The notes under the pieces are model-generated. The model saw nothing but the letters and a program-made list of their open reading frames with translations. It made no database searches and had not been told where the DNA came from. This document shows positions 49,124 to 58,856 of a stretch of 64,000 bases of DNA, piece by piece. Source of the stretch: a virus (Duplodnaviria; Caudoviricetes); IMG/VR virus record IMGVR_UViG_3300031992_000019; one strand, written 5' to 3'. Positions within the stretch are counted from its first letter, which is position 1. Every line of letters starts with the position of its first letter. The position numbers were made by a program, and so were the translations under genes.

Positions 49124-49384
49124 TTATGTGTTAGAACCCGCTGCGGTGGCTCTCGTGTAGATTTCCTTGTCGAACTTCCTATCGAGCCTATCCTCTACGG
49201 GGGTGTTCTTGTTTTCCCTATCTATCGCGTTGTTTATGTTGTTGCGATACCTGTTCGCGATTCTCTCAACCCTCCTGTTCCACCTTTCTATGCGGTGTCT
49301 GTCCGCACTCTTCGGGTCAACTGGTCGGATGAGCCTCTGCATCTGCTCGAACAAGTCCCTTATGGATTTTCGTCTTGTTGCCAT
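49124..49384 (-). CDS. MATR-family basic protein (ends AGSNT)
   Basis: internal start MATRRKSIRDLFEQMQRL, downstream of promoter 49399. Confidence 0.85.
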   Translation of the reverse strand: MATRRKSIRDLFEQMQRLIRPVDPKSADRHRIERWNRRVERIANRYRNNINNAIDRENKNTPVEDRLDRKFDKEIYTRATAAGSNT

Positions 49385-49532
49385 ATTATTTTTTGCCGCA
49401 AAGATAGCCGTAAATATTCCTCTCCAATCAAAATTCTTGTCTCTCTTTGCACTTGTTTTTATTGTGCAATAATACGGGGGATTTAATTCCTCTCCTTTAT
49501 GAAATGTGCCTATCTTTGCACCAAAAAAAGAC

Positions 49533-49811
49533 ATGGTGACAGAACTAACTTTCACGAAAATAGAGAACGGGTACGAATCCCAAGTGGTAACGGTGACCAG
49601 CGACTTCAACCTCCACCTTGAAAGGGAGAATAGGGGCGCGGTGTATATCTTCCAGAAGACGGACGGAAACAAGTTCGGGTACGGCACATCGTTTGACGCG
49701 GGGAATCTATGGAAAGACCTCGACGTTGACCTTGACGCAAGACTCTATCCCAAGGACATAAAGATTGTATCTTCAAGCGCGGTATTTTACGGCAGCATTT
49801 CGCAAGAATGA
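49533..49811 (+). CDS. hypothetical beta-rich protein (tail-associated?)
   Basis: first gene after promoter 49511. Confidence 0.6.
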   Translation: MVTELTFTKIENGYESQVVTVTSDFNLHLERENRGAVYIFQKTDGNKFGYGTSFDAGNLWKDLDVDLDARLYPKDIKIVSSSAVFYGSISQE

Positions 49812-49967
49812 GACATCTATCGGGATATAACAAATTAGGAAGAAACCTTTCGCGGGTACTGACAAGACCAGACATCCTTCTCTCCGAACAAAAGAGGGAA
49901 AGGTTCTATCTTCTCGACTCCGAGGGGTATAGATTGAAGGATAGTGACGGAAATTATTTAATGGTAA

Positions 49968-50288
49968 ATGGATAAGACTCTAACACGCAAGGCTGCGGAC
50001 ATAGATAGGATTCTTTCAAAAGCCGACTCCATACAAGCCACGTATGACGGAAGTGTCTGCTCGATAACCTACAACGCGGCTAAAACCGCGATAGACAACG
50101 GAAGGGATGTGACCATAACCTACAATGGACGTAACTACATCTACTCCAAGTTCTCAAACAACACCCTTTTCTTCGTCTGCGCGGACAACAACCTACATTA
50201 TCTTACCGCCACCCAAGACGGATGGCAATCCTCGACAAGGAAACTCCTTTTTGCGGAGGACGGGGAAAACACCTATAACGACTTCTAA
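49968..50288 (+). CDS. hypothetical tail-associated protein
   Basis: 106 aa coupled to the next gene. Confidence 0.6.
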   Translation: MDKTLTRKAADIDRILSKADSIQATYDGSVCSITYNAAKTAIDNGRDVTITYNGRNYIYSKFSNNTLFFVCADNNLHYLTATQDGWQSSTRKLLFAEDGENTYNDF

Positions 50289-50289
50289 T

Positions 50290-52482
50290 ATGGCAAAGGA
50301 ATTAAGAATACGCGATGAGCAAGGCAATCTGCTCTACCCAGTAACCGTTACCGACCTCGTTTTTGACGATTCTACGGGTAAAACCGCAAAGGAACAACTT
50401 GCAGAGAAGCAAGATACCATCAGTGACCTCTCCACCATTCGCAGTGGAGCATCTGCTGGTGCAACGGCATATCAAAAGCCGAGCGGAGGAATACCCAAGA
50501 CCGACCTCGCAAGTGCGGTGCAGACATCATTGGGGAAGGCAGACACGGCATTGCAAACTCATCAAGACATCAGCGGAAAGCAAGATGTCCTCGTGTCTGG
50601 AACTAACATAAAAACTGTAAACAACACTTCTCTGTTGGGAAGTGGCAATATTTCTATCCCAAAGGGAGACCCAGGAGAGGATGGTACAGATGGCGAAGAT
50701 GCCTACCAACCTTTCAAAGGTTGGTTCGATTCTTCCTCTGCCCTATCTGCGGCCTATCCTTCCCCACAGGTGGGAGATTTCGCCTATGTGAAGGGTGCTA
50801 CTTCCACTGACCCCGTTGCTATCTACGCTTGCGCTACGGCTGGCACTTGGGCAGATAGCGGAAGCGAGTTCAACCCTGCCAACAATCAAGAGTTCGGTAG
50901 CGGTGAAGCGTTGAACGTGACCAACATTGTCGATAGTCTTACTTCGACAAATGCCCACGATATTCTGTCAGCCAAGCAAGGTAATGTGCTTGACCAAAAG
51001 GTAGCCGCTTTAGGCCTGGATTTAGGTGAGGTCACTGATGTAATCAAGCCGCAGGATACGAATAATGTTTTCTACATAATTGATGGAAACGGCAATGTCA
51101 TAGCACAGATTGACTATGAAGGACTAAAGACGATAGCTTTGTTTGTCAAGAATGGAGAGGGGGAGTTGCAAAATATATTAGACCTCATCCCAGAGCCTTC
51201 ATCTTCCGACATTGCTGACATACTTTCGGATTACTATACTGCAAGCCTCAAGGTATCTGACAAGTTTGGTAATGTGATATTCAACATTGACCAAGATGGC
51301 GTTGAATACATCAGCAAGATGGGAAGTTCACACTTCCTTTACAAGAAGAAACTTGTAACTATATGTGACAGCCTTGGAGCTGCAAGTCAATGGCAGACAC
51401 GCTTGGCAAAGATAACGGGTGCAATATATGACAAGACCAAGAATGATAACAGGCACTCATTCGGAGGAACTACCACAATAAGTTCAAGCCAAGTGTGTGG
51501 TCAGGATAGGGCAAAGTTGATTGTATCTGATGAGATTGACCCCGATGTAATCATCATAGAGAATGTCAATGACAGTGCGTATATGTCAAATGTGGGGAGC
51601 GACGAAGATGTAGCCTTCTTCAAGGCATCGCAATCACTTTTGGACGTTACAAGCCAAGCATCGTCTTCTGACGCAGAAACCTATTGGACAAACAATTTCT
51701 CTACAATCGTAGGTGGCCTTACACCAACCATAGGGAAGGTAGTCGGAATCCCATTTACTCAAAGCAATGCCGTAAAGCTGACCATAACTGGAGCAGCAAC
51801 AGCAAGTGGAGAGTTCGGCATAACATTGAGTGGGACAGGCGTAGGAAAGCAGAGCATAAGCGTATCTGCTGGCGAGAGCGTTTCTTCCATCATATCGAAG
51901 ATATACGAATATGCTTGGAACAACTTTGTATGCACATATTCGAACAATGTGGTCACATTTACTCCCACATCTTCATCTGCCACTCCTACGATAACCATTG
52001 ATGCTGGAGGAACGGGAATCACCTCGACAACTGCAACAGGGCAGACTGGCAGCAATGCCGTTTGGAAGTATTTTAACAGCCACGACGCAAGTGATTGGGA
52101 TGACCCGACAAAATGGGTGGACAATATCTCTTTGTGGGCAGCATGGAAAGGTCTTGTCGAGTATCTGCAAGGCCAGTTTCCAAATGCGTATATCTATTGG
52201 TTTATCCCAAAGACCTACAATTTTGACTATACAAGCAGCTCATACAAGAGGGCTGATGGCACGATAGACTATGATAAAGTCCTTTCAGAGAAGGATTATG
52301 CAAAGTCATTGTTCACAGCGCAACTTGCATTTTGCGAATACTACCAGATACCTGTGATTGACATTCGCAACGAGAGTTGTATTACTCCTGCCAATATAGC
52401 GGAATACTGCAACGTGAACAACGTGCATCCCAAACAGGCGGCCTATGACCGATGGGCAGATGTGATTGCAAAGATTATGTAG
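50290..52482 (+). CDS. tail fibre/adhesin with SGNH-hydrolase-like C-terminal domain
   Basis: GATAYQKPSGGIPKTDLASAVQTSLGKAD and LVSGTNIKTVN fibre motifs, short collagen stretch, TICDSL...NND-like...NNVHP SGNH blocks; start MAKELR. Confidence 0.75.
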   Translation: MAKELRIRDEQGNLLYPVTVTDLVFDDSTGKTAKEQLAEKQDTISDLSTIRSGASAGATAYQKPSGGIPKTDLASAVQTSLGKADTALQTHQDISGKQDVLVSGTNIKTVNNTSLLGSGNISIPKGDPGEDGTDGEDAYQPFKGWFDSSSALSAAYPSPQVGDFAYVKGATSTDPVAIYACATAGTWADSGSEFNPANNQEFGSGEALNVTNIVDSLTSTNAHDILSAKQGNVLDQKVAALGLDLGEVTDVIKPQDTNNVFYIIDGNGNVIAQIDYEGLKTIALFVKNGEGELQNILDLIPEPSSSDIADILSDYYTASLKVSDKFGNVIFNIDQDGVEYISKMGSSHFLYKKKLVTICDSLGAASQWQTRLAKITGAIYDKTKNDNRHSFGGTTTISSSQVCGQDRAKLIVSDEIDPDVIIIENVNDSAYMSNVGSDEDVAFFKASQSLLDVTSQASSSDAETYWTNNFSTIVGGLTPTIGKVVGIPFTQSNAVKLTITGAATASGEFGITLSGTGVGKQSISVSAGESVSSIISKIYEYAWNNFVCTYSNNVVTFTPTSSSATPTITIDAGGTGITSTTATGQTGSNAVWKYFNSHDASDWDDPTKWVDNISLWAAWKGLVEYLQGQFPNAYIYWFIPKTYNFDYTSSSYKRADGTIDYDKVLSEKDYAKSLFTAQLAFCEYYQIPVIDIRNESCITPANIAEYCNVNNVHPKQAAYDRWADVIAKIM

Positions 52483-52503
52483 AATTATAAATATCAGAAT
52501 ACT

Positions 52504-53349
52504 ATGGTTTTTATACTTAAAGACGCTGATTTTTCGGCAAACAATGTGGGAACGATAGAAATTCCCGTAGAGCTTAATGAAGAGACGCTGGCTATTCTTG
52601 CCAAGACAACAAAGTATAGCGAGAGTTCTTCGCAGACTTTAGCACTTGATGCGTTCATTACAGCCTTGAAGCGCAATGGCTTGTGGTCAAAGATTGCCCT
52701 ATTTGTGCCTACATTTATGGCAGCATCTACAACTGAAATGGCTTACGATGTCATCAGTGACGCATATCTTGTATGGACTAACGCTGGCACATACAATTCT
52801 GCCAATGATACCTATGCCTCTGCATCGAAGTATGGTTCTTATGTGACTATTCCGCAGTTGAAGGCCATTGACAACTTCCATTTGCATTTCAAGAAATCTA
52901 CTTGTGCATTGTCGATAGATTCCAACAAGATTAACATTGCAATAGGCCGTTACTATAACACGAACTATCCAGGTGTGAACGTGGGTACATTCAACGTGAA
53001 CAAGAACTATTACGATGCAGAATTGTCATACTACAATTATGGTAGAGGTTTGTTTAATTTGAAGTCTGCCAGTCTTGATTCTGATGGGAGTAAGTTCTAT
53101 GGCCATGACCATCAAGGCGAACTTGAGTCTTGCACATTGACACAGAGTTCGACCTATGATGCTGGAGTGGTATCTAATTACAGCCTCTCAACCAAGATGA
53201 TAATCGGTTATCATGATACAAGTGCTAAAACTATCAAGCAGGAGTTTCACATTATCGGTAACACAGCATTAACGGATTCAGAGGCTACGGCATTGATTGA
53301 GGCAGCCCACACACTGTTTATCTCGCTTGGCGGTGAAGATGACAACTAA
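52504..53349 (+). CDS. tail-fibre partner protein
   Basis: MVFILKDADFSANNVG start; follows the fibre gene. Confidence 0.65.
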   Translation: MVFILKDADFSANNVGTIEIPVELNEETLAILAKTTKYSESSSQTLALDAFITALKRNGLWSKIALFVPTFMAASTTEMAYDVISDAYLVWTNAGTYNSANDTYASASKYGSYVTIPQLKAIDNFHLHFKKSTCALSIDSNKINIAIGRYYNTNYPGVNVGTFNVNKNYYDAELSYYNYGRGLFNLKSASLDSDGSKFYGHDHQGELESCTLTQSSTYDAGVVSNYSLSTKMIIGYHDTSAKTIKQEFHIIGNTALTDSEATALIEAAHTLFISLGGEDDN

Positions 53350-53741
53350 TCCAATTAGAGAAGACTATGGAAGAAGATTACAAAAACAACCCCATCTATC
53401 AGCAAGGTTTGAAGGATGGCTACAAGAAGGCTCTTGCCGATTTTCGTGAAATGCTAACAAAAGTGGAGGTGAATCACGAGATTGAAATCGGTGTGGTAGC
53501 ACGAACACTTTAGATTTAAATATGGAAGAATTAACTGACTATCAAAAGGGAATGATAGATGCTGTTTGTGGCATTATCGAACTCATCTTTGAGGAGTGTG
53601 ACGAACCTGCAAGGAAAATCATCTTTGAGAAGATTGAAAAGTTCAGACCCTCACCTAATTAGAGCCCTAAAGCGGTTAGGCATCCTGCCAACTTCTTGGT
53701 AGGGGAAGCGGGGTTATAATAAACAAAAAAACTAAAAAATT

Positions 53742-54083
53742 ATGAAAGATTTAGAAAAATTAAAAATTGAACAAGTAGAGCTGAAAGAAAAGCTAATACG
53801 ACTGATTGACTTCATGAACGGCGAGGAGTTCGCTGGTCTTGATGGCACTGAAAAGGGACTTCTTGCAAGCCAGAGGGCAGGCATGGAGGTATATCTCAAT
53901 GCTCTTACACAGCGGATTTATGGGACTAATGAAGCTCGCGTGGAAACGATGCTACCCATCATGATGATGAGTCTGTTGGGTTCTCCATTTGGCGCATCAT
54001 CACAGAAGATTCCGCCTTTGCCTGAAAGCCTTGTGAGCCAACAGGCAAAAGATAGCGGCTCGCAACCATTACAGACATCGTAA
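53742..54083 (+). CDS. small phage helical protein
   Basis: E..EL.EK..RL..F...LL..Q..GM..Y...L..RI pattern. Confidence 0.7.
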   Translation: MKDLEKLKIEQVELKEKLIRLIDFMNGEEFAGLDGTEKGLLASQRAGMEVYLNALTQRIYGTNEARVETMLPIMMMSLLGSPFGASSQKIPPLPESLVSQQAKDSGSQPLQTS

Positions 54084-54177
54084 GCCCTAAAGCAGCAATG
54101 TTCAGTTGTTCACTTTTTCCGAACAAGTGGTTGGTCGGGATTCCCGACTGACCACCATAAAAGAAAACTTAAAACTT

Positions 54178-54456
54178 ATGGAAGAAAAAGAACAAAAAGA
54201 TAACCTCGAGGAATTGATTGAATCGTTAAGACCAGATGACAAAGCTCACGAGGAATGGATGCGGTCAATGCTGGAGAAACTCGCACCTCTTGACCCCAAG
54301 GAATTGGCCGACCACAATGCGAAGATTGAAGAGGTCAAGTATTGGAGGGAGTTTGAGGGTAATGTATTTCTTGAACTGCTTCGACAATATCCGCAAAATG
54401 ACATTGATGACCTGCTTAACCTGACGAAATATGTCATTGAGGTATTAAAGCGATAA
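54178..54456 (+). CDS. hypothetical protein
   Basis: start MEEKEQ. Confidence 0.6.
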   Translation: MEEKEQKDNLEELIESLRPDDKAHEEWMRSMLEKLAPLDPKELADHNAKIEEVKYWREFEGNVFLELLRQYPQNDIDDLLNLTKYVIEVLKR

Positions 54457-54549
54457 AATGGCACAAGACGTTGTGCAAGTCCAAGGCGCAAGCCTTTGCG
54501 CTCAAATCGCGCCTTGGGCGATTTATAGACCCTTTTAATTAACTGATAT

Positions 54550-55257
54550 ATGATTAGCGAGCAACTGAAAAAAGATGCCGAGGGTTTCATCAAGAACGTG
54601 GAGTCCGAGGCTTACGCGAAAGCGAAAGAGGCTTTCGACAAGCAGGTAAGTGACATCATCGCCCAGCACGACAAGGAAATCGTGTTAGAGAGGGATAGGT
54701 CTTACAACGAGGGGTTCGAGGACGGCAAGAACTCCCAAGTCGAGACTCCCGAGATTTTCCCACCCGTTACCTTTGCGGACGGCACGGAGTATCTCGCGGA
54801 CGAGACGAGGCTTGTCACATCATTCACCTACTCGCGTGTGTTCAAAGCAACCACGTGGGGGACAATCATCCTCCCCGTTTCCCTTCATTATTCCGACTGG
54901 TCAAGCAAGTTCGAGATTGCGGAGATTGTGGGAGTGGAAGTAAATAATGGGAAAATCTACGCGAAGAGAAATGTCCTTGGAGTGGGGTCGCAGACTCTTC
55001 CCAACACCCCCTATCTCATCAGGGCGAAACTCACCAGCAATACCCCTCAAGCCATCACCAAGAAAAACTGCCTTATGTTCCCCGCCGAGGAAGGAAAGGT
55101 GGTGATTCAGTACAAAGGAAAGACCTACACCTTCAAGGGTTCGTATCTCACAATGACATCCGAAGACCTCGCAGGGAAATACTATTCGAGCGGAGGGTAC
55201 TTCAAGGAGGCTACCTCTATCCTTAAACCAATGCGTGTTTATCTTGAAATCGAATGA
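54550..55257 (+). CDS. hypothetical protein with Prevotella surface-protein-like domain
   Basis: TYSR.F...WGTIILP...PNTPYLIRAK. Confidence 0.7.
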   Translation: MISEQLKKDAEGFIKNVESEAYAKAKEAFDKQVSDIIAQHDKEIVLERDRSYNEGFEDGKNSQVETPEIFPPVTFADGTEYLADETRLVTSFTYSRVFKATTWGTIILPVSLHYSDWSSKFEIAEIVGVEVNNGKIYAKRNVLGVGSQTLPNTPYLIRAKLTSNTPQAITKKNCLMFPAEEGKVVIQYKGKTYTFKGSYLTMTSEDLAGKYYSSGGYFKEATSILKPMRVYLEIE

Positions 55258-56429
55258 TTATGAATGAGCAGATGCTTGCCCTTCTGAATAGGGCGTATGT
55301 AGAGGGCGCAACCGAATCAAAAGCCGTCTACGAAGAGAGAATCGGCAAAATCACCGCCGACCACAAGGCAGAGATGGAAACCGCCAAGGAGACCGCTTAC
55401 AGACAAGGCGTGTCGGACACATTATCGTCAGTCAACCTCAAGCCGACCACCGAGGACGAGGAGATGCCAGAGCATGACATCACCAATCCCCTTGTGAAGG
55501 CATTCTTCCTCTCTATCCCAAAGGGAGGGTATGCGCAAGACGATATTTCGAGGACGTGGTATTTCTCGAAGTTTGTCAGCGGTTCTTCAAAAAAGAACAT
55601 GGCAGACCGAGGGAATCCCTATCTCGTCTTCTGCAAGGGCGACTACCTCCTCTTGGAGAGTGCGGGCGAGAAACCCCAGACCATCCTACCCGAGAACAAC
55701 GTCTTCGCGTGCTATCTCTTGATGCCCGAGAAGGTCTATCACTGGAAGGTGTATAAGAGCAAGAAAGTCATCAAGGAGGGGTCGTTCAAGACGGTCGGGG
55801 ACATTAGGCTGATTCAAATCCCCACATGGCCTAACGTGAGGGACATCGCCTACACTCCATTGATGAAGGCTGGACTCGTCTATTCTGGTGCAAACCCTGA
55901 CAACGTGGTTGTAGGGAGCGATGACTACAATACCATAAAATACTTGGGGATTGACACGCAGATTAACCTCCGCAACCCTTCGGAGGACTCCAACACAGAA
56001 AAGCCTTGGCGACCAGACCTCTTCACCTACGGCTATGACATCATGATTGCCGACTACATCTCCGCTTTCTCGAATGCCTCGGGTATCAAGACGGCTTTCG
56101 AGACCCTTGTTTCCGAACTCGAAAATGGAAGGAAGGTTGCCTTCAACTGTTTCGCTGGCGCGGACAGGACGGGAACTTTCCGCTATCTCCTCCAAGGTCT
56201 TTGCGGTGTGCCAAGGCATATCGCCCAAGGCTATTACGAACTGACCTCGTTTATGTTCTGGGAGAACTTCAAGCGTTGGGACAAGGAGGACAAGTTCAGA
56301 GCCTTGGACAAGGAGCTTATAACGAGGTATGGCAAGGATTTCCAGTACCAGTGCCTTATGTTCTTCACGGAGGTCGCAAAAGTCCCCATCGAAAAGGTCA
56401 AGAAGTTCCAAGACATCATGAAGAAGTGA
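55254..56429 (+). CDS. protein-tyrosine/dual-specificity phosphatase-like protein
   Basis: PNVRDI, INLR, FNCFAGADRTG (CX5R), YELTSF. Confidence 0.85.
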   Translation: MIMNEQMLALLNRAYVEGATESKAVYEERIGKITADHKAEMETAKETAYRQGVSDTLSSVNLKPTTEDEEMPEHDITNPLVKAFFLSIPKGGYAQDDISRTWYFSKFVSGSSKKNMADRGNPYLVFCKGDYLLLESAGEKPQTILPENNVFACYLLMPEKVYHWKVYKSKKVIKEGSFKTVGDIRLIQIPTWPNVRDIAYTPLMKAGLVYSGANPDNVVVGSDDYNTIKYLGIDTQINLRNPSEDSNTEKPWRPDLFTYGYDIMIADYISAFSNASGIKTAFETLVSELENGRKVAFNCFAGADRTGTFRYLLQGLCGVPRHIAQGYYELTSFMFWENFKRWDKEDKFRALDKELITRYGKDFQYQCLMFFTEVAKVPIEKVKKFQDIMKK

Positions 56430-56830
56430 GGTATCTTTTCATTCTCCTGTTTCTTCTTTCCTCCTCCCTCTATGCGCAGAGAATCTATTTGGGTACGGCT
56501 CTTCCGTTGAGAAGGACTTTCATCGGAGCGGAGGTAGGAAAGAGGATTGAAAACATCTCCATCGGTCTATCTGGGGAGATAAGTCCCACGGAGTCGAATT
56601 TGTCCCCGAAACTGAATCTTCATTTCAAAAATGTCAGTTTGGAGGGCGGTATGGGTTGGGGACATAGGTTCGGAGAGAATAACGACCACAACTACCATAC
56701 TTATACCTTGGGCGTGGTCTATGAGAGAAAGAGGTTGTTCTTCGGCACTAATATGTTCTGGCGTTCATATCAAGCGCACATCGGTTTTCATAGAGGGACT
56801 TTAAGGTTCATAATCGGAATACGGCTATAA
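56426..56830 (+). CDS. putative small outer-membrane beta-barrel protein
   Basis: GTG start, signal peptide MRYLFILLFLLSSSLYA-Q, amphipathic strands, ends FIIGIRL. Confidence 0.6.
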   Translation: MRYLFILLFLLSSSLYAQRIYLGTALPLRRTFIGAEVGKRIENISIGLSGEISPTESNLSPKLNLHFKNVSLEGGMGWGHRFGENNDHNYHTYTLGVVYERKRLFFGTNMFWRSYQAHIGFHRGTLRFIIGIRL

Positions 56831-56863
56831 AAAAATACCCGTCCTCTTTTTAGGGGGCGGGTA
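56829..56863. terminator. terminator between convergent operons
   Basis: tacccgtcctct...agggggcgggta hairpin with A-run. Confidence 0.7.
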
Positions 56864-56883
56864 AATTGATTTATGGCAGCGAA

Positions 56884-57378
56884 TCAGTTGTTGAGCTTTG
56901 TGAGAACCACCTTGCCAAGGTCGAAGGTAATCTGCTCGCGGAAATAGGCTTCGTAGTCCTCGATGACGTTGTTGTTCTCGTCCAGAGCCTCGTAGGTGTC
57001 GGCATCGTAGTAGTGCGGAAAGACCTCTTTGCGGGTGTTCTTGTCGATGAAGTAGAAGATGGGTTCGTTCTCTTCGTCAACGAGAATCTGGGTGGACGCG
57101 CCCGTGCATTCGATAAGTGCAGCCTCGCGGTCGGGGGCATAGCCGACGTAGAGCAGCAGAAAGTCATAGTGAAGGGGCACGGTGTTGCCGTTCTCGTCTT
57201 CGATGGGGTAGCCGTCATTGTCGAACTTGATGTACTTGCGCTCGGTGCTCGGCTTGATTTCGCGGAACTCTTGAACCTTCGTCCCTGCGATAATCTGGTC
57301 GAAATACTTCTTCTTGATGATGAGGGTGAGGACAGCCTTGCCCTTCGTCACCTCTTTAACTTGGTCTTTGAAACTCAT
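56884..57378 (-). CDS. ASCH-domain protein
   Basis: LTLIIKKKYFDQIIAGTKVQEFREIKP. Confidence 0.88.
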   Translation of the reverse strand: MSFKDQVKEVTKGKAVLTLIIKKKYFDQIIAGTKVQEFREIKPSTERKYIKFDNDGYPIEDENGNTVPLHYDFLLLYVGYAPDREAALIECTGASTQILVDEENEPIFYFIDKNTRKEVFPHYYDADTYEALDENNNVIEDYEAYFREQITFDLGKVVLTKLNN

Positions 57379-58087
57379 AATATAAAAAGTGTTTGGTTTG
57401 ACGCCGCAAAGATATGTAATTTTATTGACATATCCAACATTTTCGCGATAATTTTAACGAATTTTAATCGAATAAGCCAATATTTAACAATCATTAAAGG
57501 TCGGTGGGGTTGTTTGCCGCCAAAAAGTTGACCGCTCTCGAATAATCGGGTGCGATGTCCATCAGGTCGGGGTTGTTGTAGAATTGTTTTGATACCTTCT
57601 TGCAAGCGTGGTGCGCCAGCATCTCGGCAAAGTCACTTGAGGATTTGCTCACGATATACTCTGCCGCCTTTTCCTCGCCCAAGTTGGAAACAAGTTCCTT
57701 TAGGCATTGCGCGAAGTCAACCGATGCCTCTGCCTTAACTTTCATAGCATCTGAACTTTCTCACCTTGAAGATTTCCTTGACCTTCCCCTCCCTATGAAG
57801 TTCTTTCAACAGTTTTAGGAAGCACTTGATTTTAGACCTGTCCTTCACGTAGGCAATCATATCAATGTCCCCGATGTCGGTGGTGTCATTTTTTGAGTCC
57901 CAGATGCCCATATACCACATCCCGACAATCTTTTCCGAATAGAAGATGTTCATATCAAAATATAGTTAGTTGTTGTTTTTCTTGCTCTACGCGCGAGGTC
58001 AGTTTGTATGGAGGGTCGGTGACTACCAAATCCACACTTCCGTCTTGGAGAGTGGACATAAATTCAACGCAGTCCACGTTAAAGATT

Positions 58088-58726
58088 TCATTCATCGAAT
58101 AATGTTCCTTGTTTTACTATTTGTCCGTTTACCTTGAACTCCCCGTGGCACTCCTTTTGGAATCGTTCGTTGCCCTTGTCGAAGAAGTCCTTGTTTATCT
58201 CACACCCCCAGAAGTCAAAGCCTAACTTGTAGGCAGCGATTCTACTACTTTCACTGCCCATCATCGGGTCGAAGATTTTACCCCCCCCATTGAGATAAGT
58301 ATTCAACAACCAGCCGTATACTTCTACTGGCTTGGATGTCGGGTGAATCTTCCCCTTGAAATAGCACGAAATCTGCACATATCTTGACACCGTTCCGAGG
58401 TTTTCCGAAAGCGAGGCTATCTCAACTTGTGAGTACCTATCTGCTCCCCTCACCATCTTGTCCCACGCGACAAATCCCTTGAACGGATAGCCAAAGTTGT
58501 TTGCACCGAAGATTATCTGCGCCTCGCTCACCCTCCTTAACTCCTTGAAGAACTCCTCATTAGGCTTGTTTCCGAAGTTGTCCATACCAATGTCGCGCAT
58601 CTCCTTTTGCGGTGCGTTCTCGCTCTCATCCCTATACGGAGGGTCTGCGATAGCCAAGTCAAAGAACTTGTTGGGGATAGTCCTCATATATTCCATGCAA
58701 TCGCAATTAAATACATCGCTTATCAT
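58088..58726 (-). CDS. N4/N6 DNA methyltransferase (beta class)
   Basis: ADPPY, IHPTSKP, FDPMMGS, GCEI. Confidence 0.9.
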   Translation of the reverse strand: MISDVFNCDCMEYMRTIPNKFFDLAIADPPYRDESENAPQKEMRDIGMDNFGNKPNEEFFKELRRVSEAQIIFGANNFGYPFKGFVAWDKMVRGADRYSQVEIASLSENLGTVSRYVQISCYFKGKIHPTSKPVEVYGWLLNTYLNGGGKIFDPMMGSESSRIAAYKLGFDFWGCEINKDFFDKGNERFQKECHGEFKVNGQIVKQGTLFDE

Positions 58727-58856
58727 ATTTTCTTTATTTAAGTGAAACTTTATCGTTTGTAAATAGAAAGTGGCTCATACACCCATTAAAATGGCTCTAC
58801 GCGGCTAAAAGAGTGTCGGTTGTGCCATTTCAGCTATTATGCGCTTATTGGCAATG

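Noticed and set aside
34070-49384. MATR array as a CRISPR array or DGR product
   Set aside because: Repeats are short coding heads with synonymous variation and units of ~200-870 bp. No cas genes, reverse transcriptase or adenine-specific TR/VR pair were seen.
50125-50289. N-terminal extension of the tail-fibre ORF in the track
   Set aside because: Overlaps 49968..50288. The coupled start MAKELR at 50290 is more plausible. Track starts for 8224, 9421, 36479, 47605 and 49124 were shortened likewise.
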